Virus record (IMG/VR): IMGVR_UViG_3300023174_000065
Direction: 5' to 3' (one strand)
Length of the DNA: 64,000 bases
DNA from: a virus
Position 1 is the stretch's first letter, and each line of letters begins with the position of its first letter. The notes under the pieces were generated by a model. The model had not been told where the DNA came from, did no database searches, and saw only the letters and a program-made list of their open reading frames with translations. Shown piece by piece: positions 48,575 through 59,704 of the stretch. Position numbers and translations under genes: made by a program.

Positions 48575-49629
48575 TATTCTGTCACTACTTCTTCTATAAT
48601 ATTAACTGGTGGAGTAATTATATCATCCCATTGATTCATAATCAATGTAAGTTTTTCTTCCGTCCAATTTTTACGGAATTCAGAAATTATTTCACCAGTT
48701 TCTTTGTCTGTATATGCTAGTTTATTACCAGACTTGGTAAGTACTCCCATTTTTTCAAACATATCAACCAAACCGGAGGTTGGCTTCATGCCAGTTGAAT
48801 ATGGGATTTGTACCTGCACTGATTCAAACGGTTTTGCATAACGGGTCTTCATGATTTTACATGCGGATCGAATGCCAACAACATCACTGATCTTATTGCC
48901 GTTTTCATCTTCCTTTAGTTTAAGCTTCTTCATTGCAACAACAATAGATGATGCATAAATGAAGCCCTGGCCTCCGGATATCTTATCGTCTGGATCAAAC
49001 ATATCTTGCGAAGCGTATGTGTGATTGGTGCAAACCATTCCTACATTGTATGATCCAAACATATTAACACAGTTGCGAACAAGAGAAGTAAGTGCTTTGG
49101 GTTTGCGACCCATGTCACCCTTCATTTCTCCTGCCTCAAACTGATTAACATCTGTTGGTGTTAACAACATACCTAAAGAGTCTACTACAAACAATATCTT
49201 GGGACGAGTTTCCGGTTCCATTGTCTTGTATTCTTTCATAAACTCTGAGATAGTTTTTGCAACATCATCAATCATTGCCATGTTTAACTTGAGAAGTTTA
49301 TCCTCAGATGTATCTACATCCAATGCCTGTAGCCAAGCTTCATCCAACGCATTTTCGCTATCAATTAGAACAACATAAATGCCTTGTTGCTGTGCATGTT
49401 TTACAATGTTGCCAGCGCAGATATATGATTTACCCGCGCCAGATTCTCCTGCAAACACCGTAACCTTGCCCATAGGAATTCCTTTAAAGAAATTTCCAGA
49501 TATGAGGTAGTTTAGTGCGTAATTGCCTGTTGAAATCCAATCTGTAGGATCGTTAAACCCAATACCAAGTCCGTCAATGGACTTGGTAATGGATTTGCGG
49601 AACTTAGAGATGTCAAAAAGTTTCGACAT
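48574..49629 (-). CDS. uvsX: UvsX/RecA-like recombinase
   Basis: Motifs AGESGAGKS, IDSENAL, VVDSLGML, TNHTY and ISGGQGFIYASS. Confidence 0.93.
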   Translation of the reverse strand: MSKLFDISKFRKSITKSIDGLGIGFNDPTDWISTGNYALNYLISGNFFKGIPMGKVTVFAGESGAGKSYICAGNIVKHAQQQGIYVVLIDSENALDEAWLQALDVDTSEDKLLKLNMAMIDDVAKTISEFMKEYKTMEPETRPKILFVVDSLGMLLTPTDVNQFEAGEMKGDMGRKPKALTSLVRNCVNMFGSYNVGMVCTNHTYASQDMFDPDDKISGGQGFIYASSIVVAMKKLKLKEDENGNKISDVVGIRSACKIMKTRYAKPFESVQVQIPYSTGMKPTSGLVDMFEKMGVLTKSGNKLAYTDKETGEIISEFRKNWTEEKLTLIMNQWDDIITPPVNIIEEVVTE

Positions 49630-49644
49630 ATATGTTCCTCTCTA

Positions 49645-50622
49645 TTAGTTTGATGATTGTCGTGCGCGAATTGTTGCAAGAATGTCCTGTGCCCGCGAAC
49701 TTGCCTCGCTGCCACTTGATACAGGTGCCTTGTCTACTTCAAAAGGCACTTCGTCATCATCGGAAACTACCGGCGAAGGAGTACGAGCAACCTGTGCTGA
49801 TGCAGATGAACCTTCACCTGTTGCAACTCCGCTGCCGCCCATTCCGGCTGGCTTGAAGTACTGACCCCAACGATCCATGTCAAATGCATCGCCATCAACT
49901 GACGCCTCAAACATTTCCTTCATGACTTTGAGTTCTACTTCACCTGGCTTCTTAGGAAGAAAGCTCTTGAGATCATATAGATCGTGTTGTGCAATCGCAG
50001 CTTTTTCTTCATCACTCAGGGCCCGCTCACGACGAGCCCATGTTGAGGTTGAATAGTCTGCATATCCACCTTTAGTTGTCTTGACGATCTTGAAGTCTAG
50101 ACCACGAACATAATCAGTTGGTAGTTCTTCGATTTCGCTGTCCATCAATGCATTCTTAACAATGTTAAAAATTTGACTACTGATGATAAAACGACGAATT
50201 GGATTTTCTGGCGTCTTGTCTTCCTTGAGTTCAGAGTTAACTACAAACCCTTGGAATAGATATGAACGCTTCTTCCAGTATTTGCGTCCCAACTCTTCCA
50301 GACTCTTGTCCTTGAACCAAGGACGAACTTCTGCAAGAATAGGACAAGCTTCGCCCCACATTTCCATGCAGGGAACTTGTACAGTAACTGGCTTGGAGTT
50401 TGCTTCGCCCTTGACGCCTGCAAACGGCAACTTGATCATTGCGCGTTCAATCCAGAAAAATGTGTTATTGGAATCTTGATCAGGAAGGAAACGAATAGTA
50501 GTTGTACTACCTTCTGCTGCATTCCAATGTGGGAAAATTGCGTTGTCGCCGCCGCTAGAGTTATTAGAATTTTGAGTATTTGCCGCTTGAAGTTTTGCGC
50601 GGATTTCTGCTAATGAGGCCAT
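49645..50622 (-). CDS. gp32: Single-stranded DNA-binding protein (T4 gp32-like)
   Basis: Motifs IRFLP, CPI, YWKKRSY, GLDFKIVK and YADYSTS. Acidic tail. Confidence 0.9.
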   Translation of the reverse strand: MASLAEIRAKLQAANTQNSNNSSGGDNAIFPHWNAAEGSTTTIRFLPDQDSNNTFFWIERAMIKLPFAGVKGEANSKPVTVQVPCMEMWGEACPILAEVRPWFKDKSLEELGRKYWKKRSYLFQGFVVNSELKEDKTPENPIRRFIISSQIFNIVKNALMDSEIEELPTDYVRGLDFKIVKTTKGGYADYSTSTWARRERALSDEEKAAIAQHDLYDLKSFLPKKPGEVELKVMKEMFEASVDGDAFDMDRWGQYFKPAGMGGSGVATGEGSSASAQVARTPSPVVSDDDEVPFEVDKAPVSSGSEASSRAQDILATIRARQSSN

Positions 50623-50703
50623 GATTATTTTTCCTTTTTATGCCTAAATATGCCTGTATCTTTCTGTGCCACTACACAGTAAAGAACATTTTTGCATATA
50701 CGA

Positions 50704-50732
50704 ATTATATGCGCTTTTATTTATCTTGTCAA
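50704..50732 (-). promoter_or_regulatory. Consensus sigma70 promoter TTGACA-17-TATAAT with a late box GATAAATA in its spacer, driving the gp32/uvsX operon
   Basis: -35 at 50727-50732, -10 at 50704-50709, GATAAATA at 50718-50725 (all - strand). Confidence 0.85.
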
Positions 50733-50750
50733 ATAAAAAGTGTTGTATTA

Positions 50751-51632
50751 TTATGATTTTTTGCTACGAGGAAACACTTCATCCAAATCAGTATAACGAG
50801 CGTTAACTGTTTTTTCACCTCGTAATTTTGCAGCCATTATTGAATGATGTCCGTCTGCAATAAAATCTTTGCCCTTATATCTAACAATATGAATATTGTC
50901 AGGATTTAGATTTGCAAGTTTTTCTGCGGTCATGTCATTATCGGTATGTCTAGTAATTGGCTGTGTTGGTATTAAAGTGGAAATATCAAAAGATCTAAAT
51001 GATTGTAGTGATTCTAGTTTCTTTTTTGCTGCCGCCCTAATCTCAGGATCCCGACTGTTCATTCCCAAAGAGTTTACAAAGTCATAAAATCTATTTTCAA
51101 GTGCATATGCGGTGTTTGCGTTATATGGACGAAGAGGAATATGTTGTCCTTTTACGGCATCATCCCAGAATTCTCCATATTTTGTTTTTTTGCCATATCG
51201 CCTGGCAACTCGTTGTTGTAATGCAAGTGGGTCAACTTTGCGTTCTTCATCGATTGCAGGATCATTATTCATTGCTAGGAACAATGATCCGCCCTCTTCT
51301 TTCCATAGACTTACATGATCTTCAAAAGATCCATGTGGTATTTTTGGATGTCTAAAACCGTTATTAAAAAACACCTTTAGTGATGCAAGTGAACTAATTT
51401 GTGCACCTAAATCATTGTATTTTTTCATAGCCTGTTTTACAAGCCAGTCACCTATTCCTTTATTTCGGAGTTCTTCTGGAACTACAAAATCAATCACACT
51501 TTGCGATCTAGGAGAAAGAGTTGTTTTTTTCATTATATCAATATAGCCACCGTCAGGATGCTGAATAACTTCTCCGTTATCCCCCATCATTGACTGGCGC
51601 TCATTAATTAATGAAAACTCATGAAACCTCAT
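50751..51632 (-). CDS. GNAT acetyltransferase + ParB/Srx-like two-domain protein
   Basis: VPEELRNKGIGDWLVK...FFNNGF (GNAT). LIPTQ...FIADGHH (ParB/Srx). Start MRFHEF at a TAATG overlap. Confidence 0.7.
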   Translation of the reverse strand: MRFHEFSLINERQSMMGDNGEVIQHPDGGYIDIMKKTTLSPRSQSVIDFVVPEELRNKGIGDWLVKQAMKKYNDLGAQISSLASLKVFFNNGFRHPKIPHGSFEDHVSLWKEEGGSLFLAMNNDPAIDEERKVDPLALQQRVARRYGKKTKYGEFWDDAVKGQHIPLRPYNANTAYALENRFYDFVNSLGMNSRDPEIRAAAKKKLESLQSFRSFDISTLIPTQPITRHTDNDMTAEKLANLNPDNIHIVRYKGKDFIADGHHSIMAAKLRGEKTVNARYTDLDEVFPRSKKS

Positions 51633-53914
51633 TAGTGTTTGATATTTTTCCACATGGCTACTGCTGCAATTTTTTTGCCTTTTTCTCCGCCTCCTGCTGC
51701 CTTTGCTACTTTATCAAAACTCTTGCCTTTCTTGCCAATATCGCCTCCGGACTTTGCTTTTTTAACAATATTAGACTTCTTTGCTTTGCTAAGTCCTTCA
51801 CTTGGCTTCTTAGCTTCGACAACTGGAAGACCTGCCAATCTACGCATTTCTGCGACGTGATGAGATTCTTCATGCTGTTGATTGAGATGACTGATTAATT
51901 TTGCTGCCAATTCTGCTTCTTGATCACCGCCGTTGCCATTATCGTCACTGAACTGGCGCTTGACGTGTGTTACAACGCCGTGCTCACCTTTTGTCCATGT
52001 TCCATTATCACGATCATAGAATCCCATGACAAGTTCGGCAACTTTATTAATTTTTGTTTTATTATCTGAACCAGGTTCAATTAGCCTATGTTCGTCATCG
52101 TGTTCAATGCTATCATTTTCACCAACTGGCTCTTCTGGTGTAGGTGTTACTTGGGCTGGCTCAGTAGTTTCCCAATCAATTTTATCAGCATCATTTCCCA
52201 TATATGTCTTGATAATTTCACGAGCATCCTCATCTGCGCCGTTAGGCATGTTTGCAATAGCTTCAATCGCATCGAGTAATGATTGGTCAGTTATTCCTAT
52301 ACCTTTTAGTGCTTGGACAGCTTCTCCATTGACTCCCAGTGGTAATGGATTTTTTACTAGTTCCTGTAGATCATCAAGTTGATCCTGAGAAAATCCTTCA
52401 CCTACTATTGAACTTGCCCACGATTCAAATGACGCTATTTCTTGAGTTTGATTCTTGGACTTGTCTGCTGCAATGATTCTTTCAATTTCAGCATCCAACT
52501 GTCCTGGTTTTCTTCCAATTGAATATGGACTAACATTTGCAGATGATACTAATTTGAATTGGTCACTCTTGCCGGGAATTTCCTTTAGTACTATCCAATT
52601 AGCTTTATGAAACCCTTCATCGTCGTCATAGCCATCATCTGCCAGATGGTATCCATCTCCAAGGTCTGATACTATTTCCGTGTTATATCTAGTATATACA
52701 TATCCATCTTGTGATTCATGTACATAATCTGACAATTCAATTTCATCTGCTTCCTTCATGATGGAATGAAGTAGGGGAAATAATTCTAACAATGACTCGT
52801 CAAATTTGTTTACTGTGAATGCATCTCGGTAAGTTTCTGTCGTGACTTCATCCAATTCGGTACTGGTGCCTTCTTCGGTAGATGATTCCATCCAAGTTTC
52901 ATAATATTTTTGTTTGCACATAGATTCCATGTGATTTCGTAAGCTCTTCAGCTTCTGGTTTGCACGTTCTACGATAGAATTTGCACTATCGGTCAATGTT
53001 GAATTACGGACCTTTCGTCCAAAATTACTAAGTTGCATAATTTCTTCGCAAGTTTTCGTAATTTTTTTACCCGCGTCATCGTGTGGATGTCCACCGTTTG
53101 CAACATGACGTTGCATTGCGCGAGCACCAGGCAAGTAGATAAATGGAAATTTAAATCTTTCTCCATCTTTGTTTTGAATGAATAGATTTTTAATCTTGCG
53201 ACTTCTTGCACCGGGCTTAGAAGGATCAATTGCCTCACTGTGTCTGATAATCAAGTCGGTATCTTCAATTGTTCTATGCGATGTTTTAGAACTTCCATAC
53301 ATAGATGATTCTGAAAAATTTGACTTACGATGAGCATCTACATCATCTAGTGACATATACATATCAGTATCTCTGTCATAATATTTGCCTTCTTGTGGAT
53401 CATAATAAACGACTTTTCCTGATTCCAGTCTAAATGGGCCTTCTAGACCTTCATGTGATAAATCAGTATATCGTTCAGTATCTATATTAGGTAATACTTT
53501 ATGTCCTTCTTTAACGCTTGTCATATTCTTTTCCTTGGATCCGGTTTGAGCAAGATATTGAAAATCTGTTTTATCTAGATTACCCTTGGCAATATCCCTG
53601 GTGTCAAATCTCAATAATCTTCTTTTAGCAAAAAACCTCATTTCTCTAAGAAAATCATACCAGTTTTTTCTAGTAATATTATCTGATTTTTCAGTGATTC
53701 CTTGGCTATAGAATACTTTTAGATTGCCAATATCGTTAATAGATATACTGACTCTGCCTAAATTTATTTCTTCAGCAACAAAATCAAAATCAAAAAATCT
53801 TGCATCCTGTGGCACAGATGTTACTGCGCTATTTTCGTCTCCCATTTGTAAATTGGAAAACCGACTTCTAATTTTTTCAAATAGGTCGTATGCGATCATT
53901 TCAATAGGTGTCAT
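51632..53914 (-). CDS. Large modular late protein, probably head-associated
   Basis: TATAAATA (53920-53927) lies 5 nt before the ATG. Contains EMRRLAGL. Acidic body with a basic C-terminal module. Confidence 0.65.
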   Translation of the reverse strand: MTPIEMIAYDLFEKIRSRFSNLQMGDENSAVTSVPQDARFFDFDFVAEEINLGRVSISINDIGNLKVFYSQGITEKSDNITRKNWYDFLREMRFFAKRRLLRFDTRDIAKGNLDKTDFQYLAQTGSKEKNMTSVKEGHKVLPNIDTERYTDLSHEGLEGPFRLESGKVVYYDPQEGKYYDRDTDMYMSLDDVDAHRKSNFSESSMYGSSKTSHRTIEDTDLIIRHSEAIDPSKPGARSRKIKNLFIQNKDGERFKFPFIYLPGARAMQRHVANGGHPHDDAGKKITKTCEEIMQLSNFGRKVRNSTLTDSANSIVERANQKLKSLRNHMESMCKQKYYETWMESSTEEGTSTELDEVTTETYRDAFTVNKFDESLLELFPLLHSIMKEADEIELSDYVHESQDGYVYTRYNTEIVSDLGDGYHLADDGYDDDEGFHKANWIVLKEIPGKSDQFKLVSSANVSPYSIGRKPGQLDAEIERIIAADKSKNQTQEIASFESWASSIVGEGFSQDQLDDLQELVKNPLPLGVNGEAVQALKGIGITDQSLLDAIEAIANMPNGADEDAREIIKTYMGNDADKIDWETTEPAQVTPTPEEPVGENDSIEHDDEHRLIEPGSDNKTKINKVAELVMGFYDRDNGTWTKGEHGVVTHVKRQFSDDNGNGGDQEAELAAKLISHLNQQHEESHHVAEMRRLAGLPVVEAKKPSEGLSKAKKSNIVKKAKSGGDIGKKGKSFDKVAKAAGGGEKGKKIAAVAMWKNIKH

Positions 53915-53932
53915 AGAGATATTTATACAAGA

Positions 53933-56229
<2,297 letters not shown>

Positions 56230-56234
56230 GTTGA

Positions 56235-56258
56235 TATTTATACAAATGCAAACTCGTC
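56235..56258 (-). promoter_or_regulatory. Late promoter TATAAATA (56235-56242) overlapped by a putative operator GACGAGTTTGCATTTGTA (56241-56258)
   Basis: The box is 5 nt before ATG 56229. The upstream 18-mer encodes DEFAFV, like the C-extein. Confidence 0.7.
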
Positions 56259-56877
56259 ATGTGATTATTTGATTCGCATTGTATGTTCTTGAATATAAAT
56301 CGACAAGTGAAATATCTTCTTCGACCAGTGTATTTTTATTGCGTATTCTTACAGTAGTGTCTCCATCTAAACAGTAGAGTAATGATAGTGACATACCTCG
56401 GCCAGTCGTTGGCGTAGTAGTTTGCGCTACAATTCTTGAACCGTTGTCGAACTCAATGCTTTGTTTGTTGTAACTAGTAACGCCTGCTCTAATACTATCT
56501 GGACATAGTTCATATGCATATCTAATCCTAGACATGATTTCCATAGCACCGGTGTGTTTATGCGCTGCTACTAGAATTGTACTATTGTCGATAAACATTG
56601 CATACCATAGAAGATATCCGGCAGCAGTGGTGGTCTTGCCTGTTTGTCTAGGCAACATATTTACATTGAATCTATTATCGTGATAACTGTCTATTAATCT
56701 TTTTTGATATTCAAATGCCGTATAGGACATTTTGCCTTTTGTTGGATGTTGGATATGAAAGTAATTATCAAGAAAATAATGAGGATCTTCAAGGCATTTT
56801 GCAAATTCTATTAAGTCTTGTTCGGTAAATACCTGTTTTTTGTGCGCTGTTTTAATTAATGAATTGTCTGCTGCCAT
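56257..56877 (-). CDS. gp17: Large terminase N-terminal ATPase fragment followed by split-intein N half (IntN, 38 aa)
   Basis: Walker A LPRQTGKTT, IEFDNGSRI, then GRGMSLSLLY followed by CLDGDTTVRI. Confidence 0.92.
   Translation of the reverse strand: MAADNSLIKTAHKKQVFTEQDLIEFAKCLEDPHYFLDNYFHIQHPTKGKMSYTAFEYQKRLIDSYHDNRFNVNMLPRQTGKTTTAAGYLLWYAMFIDNSTILVAAHKHTGAMEIMSRIRYAYELCPDSIRAGVTSYNKQSIEFDNGSRIVAQTTTPTTGRGMSLSLLYCLDGDTTVRIRNKNTLVEEDISLVDLYSRTYNANQIIT
56260..56373 (-). mobile_element. Split intein IntN
   Basis: Block A CLDGDT.V...ISLVDLY, then stop. Confidence 0.9.
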
Positions 56878-56890
56878 ATAAGTATCTGAT

Positions 56891-56925
56891 AAAGAGAGTA
56901 GATCACATGCGATCTACTCTCCTTT
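56891..56925 (-). terminator. Hairpin (probable terminator) just upstream of the terminase start
   Basis: 11-bp perfect stem GAGAGTAGATC/GATCTACTCTC with short T-runs. Confidence 0.6.
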
Positions 56926-56933
56926 CCTTTTTA

Positions 56934-57785
56934 TTATTGTGCGTTTTTAAACGCCTCGTATTCTTTTAGCAGCTGAGACGAAAGATTGTTAATTGATTCA
57001 TGTGCCATTTTGTAAGGATTATCGCCTAATCTCTGCGCAAATCCCTGCTGTTTTGGTTTAACTTGTTTATCACCATAGTCATGTGGTTCAATTTCTTGTT
57101 CAGGACTGTTGTCATACATTGCTTCGGATTTTTCTTCCTGTTCATCGTTGTGATCCCACTCATCAAAATCAGTTGCTTCATCATCAGCCGTATTATAACT
57201 ACCATCTGAGTTAAAACTTCCTGGCATTTGTGATTGATCACCATATGCTTCGGCTTGTTCATCATCTGTTCCCCAGCCATCCGCTTCTGCATCTCTACGG
57301 GCACGTGCTCGTTCTTTATCTCTTGATGAAACAGTGGGATCAGTAGAATCATCGTCATACTTGGGATCATTATGATCGCTGTATGCCCATCCCTCATCGG
57401 CCATTTTATGGTGATCTTCGGAATTATCAATCATACTGATCATCTTGGCCATGTCATCATTGTCGGTGTGTGCAGCATGTGGAGATGAAACTTCAATCTC
57501 TTTGTGTGAAGGCATTGATGAGGTATTTGACAAACCAGATAACGCCATCAAACTTTTTAACATACTCGCAACTTCGTCACCGCTGTTTGCAGTCACGCTG
57601 ATATTTGCAGCAGAGTGCGGAGCAGCGGATGGGGCAGGCATATCACCGCACTCTTCAACAGAATTTGTATCTTCATATACATTTGATACGGTTGCTATTG
57701 GAGTATCAACCGTCATTCTGTTTTTTACATTTGGGTTGCCAGAGTCCAACTCGGCCAATCTTTTGAGTACGTTGATCATTTCCAT
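56934..57785 (-). CDS. Acidic low-complexity protein, probably prohead-associated
   Basis: LKRLAEL, LMALSGL, many xxE sites and AAGGA SD. Confidence 0.65.
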   Translation of the reverse strand: MEMINVLKRLAELDSGNPNVKNRMTVDTPIATVSNVYEDTNSVEECGDMPAPSAAPHSAANISVTANSGDEVASMLKSLMALSGLSNTSSMPSHKEIEVSSPHAAHTDNDDMAKMISMIDNSEDHHKMADEGWAYSDHNDPKYDDDSTDPTVSSRDKERARARRDAEADGWGTDDEQAEAYGDQSQMPGSFNSDGSYNTADDEATDFDEWDHNDEQEEKSEAMYDNSPEQEIEPHDYGDKQVKPKQQGFAQRLGDNPYKMAHESINNLSSQLLKEYEAFKNAQ

Positions 57786-57787
57786 GA

Positions 57788-58369
57788 TTATTTTCCTTTT
57801 CTTGAGCCAACTGGGCTGACATTATTTTGTGGAATACCGTTAGAAGTTTCTGAAGAATCTGCGGTAGGACGAATTTCTCCTCGATCCTTTTGCTTTTCTT
57901 TAAGATCATCACTCAATGTTTTTACAAAATTCGCATTATATTTGTCGCCATAGTATTCGTCGAAGTTTGCATTTGGAGACTCTTTATAAGTAGAATCAGT
58001 CAAAAGTGGACCATCATATGTTTTGCCAGGTGATTGATATTCCTCGCTTGGCTCATTTGGATTCCTCACAACAATTCTTTGCTCATTGATTCGTAATCCA
58101 TTTCCTAGGTAATTAATCAGTTCATGGGAAGTTACTGGATAATCCAGTGTAATATCCCAGATGTTAACTTCAGTGTTTGATAGTCTGGGAAAATCAAGGG
58201 GAAGTGCCTGAACTGGAGTTTTTGTTGATTTTGAAAATTCAACAATCTGATATTTTTCCAACAGACTCTTAAGCTTGGTCTCTTCCTCATTTGTGACATC
58301 GCCTGCAATCTTTACCTTAAACGAGTAGGTTTTTTTGCTTTCAAATAGATAATCTTTAAAACTTTTCAT
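57788..58369 (-). CDS. Hypothetical late protein (MKSFKDYLFE N-terminus)
   Basis: AGGA SD before ATG 58369. N-terminus resembles T4 internal-protein capsid-targeting sequences. Confidence 0.7.
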   Translation of the reverse strand: MKSFKDYLFESKKTYSFKVKIAGDVTNEEETKLKSLLEKYQIVEFSKSTKTPVQALPLDFPRLSNTEVNIWDITLDYPVTSHELINYLGNGLRINEQRIVVRNPNEPSEEYQSPGKTYDGPLLTDSTYKESPNANFDEYYGDKYNANFVKTLSDDLKEKQKDRGEIRPTADSSETSNGIPQNNVSPVGSRKGK

Positions 58370-58385
58370 AGTGGTTTCCTGTAAA

Positions 58386-58865
58386 TTATTTATCGATTCT
58401 CTTGAGTTTTTCCAGGAGACTGTTTCGATCCGTGACGATATAGCCTTTGCCTTCAACTGGATCATCAGGCACATCGGTTGTTTTTTTGTCAATTGCTAAC
58501 TTTTTAAGCTGTAATTCAACAATTTTTAATTTTTTATCAATCTTTGCACTCTTTGCATCTACTGCTGTTTTGAGCATATTGCCTGCTACCTCAAACATCC
58601 TGCTGCCATATTTTGCCTCTACGTTCATTCCTAGATCCATGAGATTATCAAATGCTTCTTCTGCTTTTTTGGCCAACTCGTCTAGTTCACCATCACTGGC
58701 ATCTCCCAGGCCTTTTACTTTAGGCAACGCCGCACTGATTTTGTCAAGACTTTCAAGACTATCTTTAAGATTGACTACCTTGGCGGCCTTTACTTTTTTA
58801 GGAGAAAGCACGGGTTCAGAATCCTGAACCGGTAGATTTAATATTGATTCCAATTTTTTTGTCAT
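58386..58865 (-). CDS. Probable small terminase subunit (gp16-like)
   Basis: Helical LMDLG.......RMFEVAGNMLK core and TDRNSLL tail. Near the large terminase. Confidence 0.6.
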   Translation of the reverse strand: MTKKLESILNLPVQDSEPVLSPKKVKAAKVVNLKDSLESLDKISAALPKVKGLGDASDGELDELAKKAEEAFDNLMDLGMNVEAKYGSRMFEVAGNMLKTAVDAKSAKIDKKLKIVELQLKKLAIDKKTTDVPDDPVEGKGYIVTDRNSLLEKLKRIDK

Positions 58866-58872
58866 ATGCTAT

Positions 58873-59316
58873 TTACCGTTTTTTACCGCCCATGTGAAAT
58901 AACTCCTCTTCTGTGATCACTCGAAACTTGAGTCCGGCTTTTTTACAGAATTGAGTGGCAACTTCCCACTTGGCCATGTTTTTAATATAATTTGCTTGTC
59001 GATACTTATCTTTTCCAACAGATTCTAATACAGCTTGATTCTTTGGCTTAACTTCCCACAATTCGGCATGCTTTTTTTGATTTTTATCGACATATACAAC
59101 TAAAAAATCTGGAACATATACAGTTTGTTTTCCTGTTAATGGATCTCGATATGGAATTTTTATGGACTCACTTGCCCATTGTTGTATTGCAGGATTCTCA
59201 TCACACATTCTCATGACTGAAATTTCCCAAGAACTGCGATACCTAGGAGTTCCTAATCCAATGTATTTTTCAGGATTTTTTAATTTGTATGATCCTTGAG
59301 AAAACTTCATTGTCAT
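58873..59316 (-). CDS. gp4: Head completion nuclease (T4 gp4-like, TnsA-type)
   Basis: Motifs NPEKY.G, YRSSWE, WASESIKIPY, YVPDF, EVKP, N.AKW and FRVITE. Confidence 0.9.
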   Translation of the reverse strand: MTMKFSQGSYKLKNPEKYIGLGTPRYRSSWEISVMRMCDENPAIQQWASESIKIPYRDPLTGKQTVYVPDFLVVYVDKNQKKHAELWEVKPKNQAVLESVGKDKYRQANYIKNMAKWEVATQFCKKAGLKFRVITEEELFHMGGKKR

Positions 59317-59690
59317 GCTGCAATGTTCCTAGAAATTTCTTCCGATGGTACAAATGGAGATGCATAGCCAATACTACTAGTTTTATACCTGTTATAATTT
59401 ACAATCTCGGTGACTAGATTGCTTATTTGCAGTTCACCCAGTCCAGTCAGTGTTTCGATGATTGTAAGTGGATTAAGACCGTCCAGTTTTGCCTGTCTGA
59501 TTATCACGCTAGTCATGCTTTCAGCGGCACTTTTTCCAAAACTTTTTGATTCAAAAAATGCAATCATTGCATCATATGTAGATGCATCTACTTGAATTGG
59601 ATTTTTATTATAATTGTCAAGAATGTTCACAGTTGATTGCGCACTATCCTTGGTTGATTTTGTCGATGGTAAATTATTATAGTAATTCAT
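59313..59690 (-). CDS. Hypothetical tail/baseplate-module protein
   Basis: Coupled ORF. Confidence 0.65.
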   Translation of the reverse strand: MNYYNNLPSTKSTKDSAQSTVNILDNYNKNPIQVDASTYDAMIAFFESKSFGKSAAESMTSVIIRQAKLDGLNPLTIIETLTGLGELQISNLVTEIVNYNRYKTSSIGYASPFVPSEEISRNIAA

Positions 59691-59704
59691 TTATATAATC
59701 CTAA

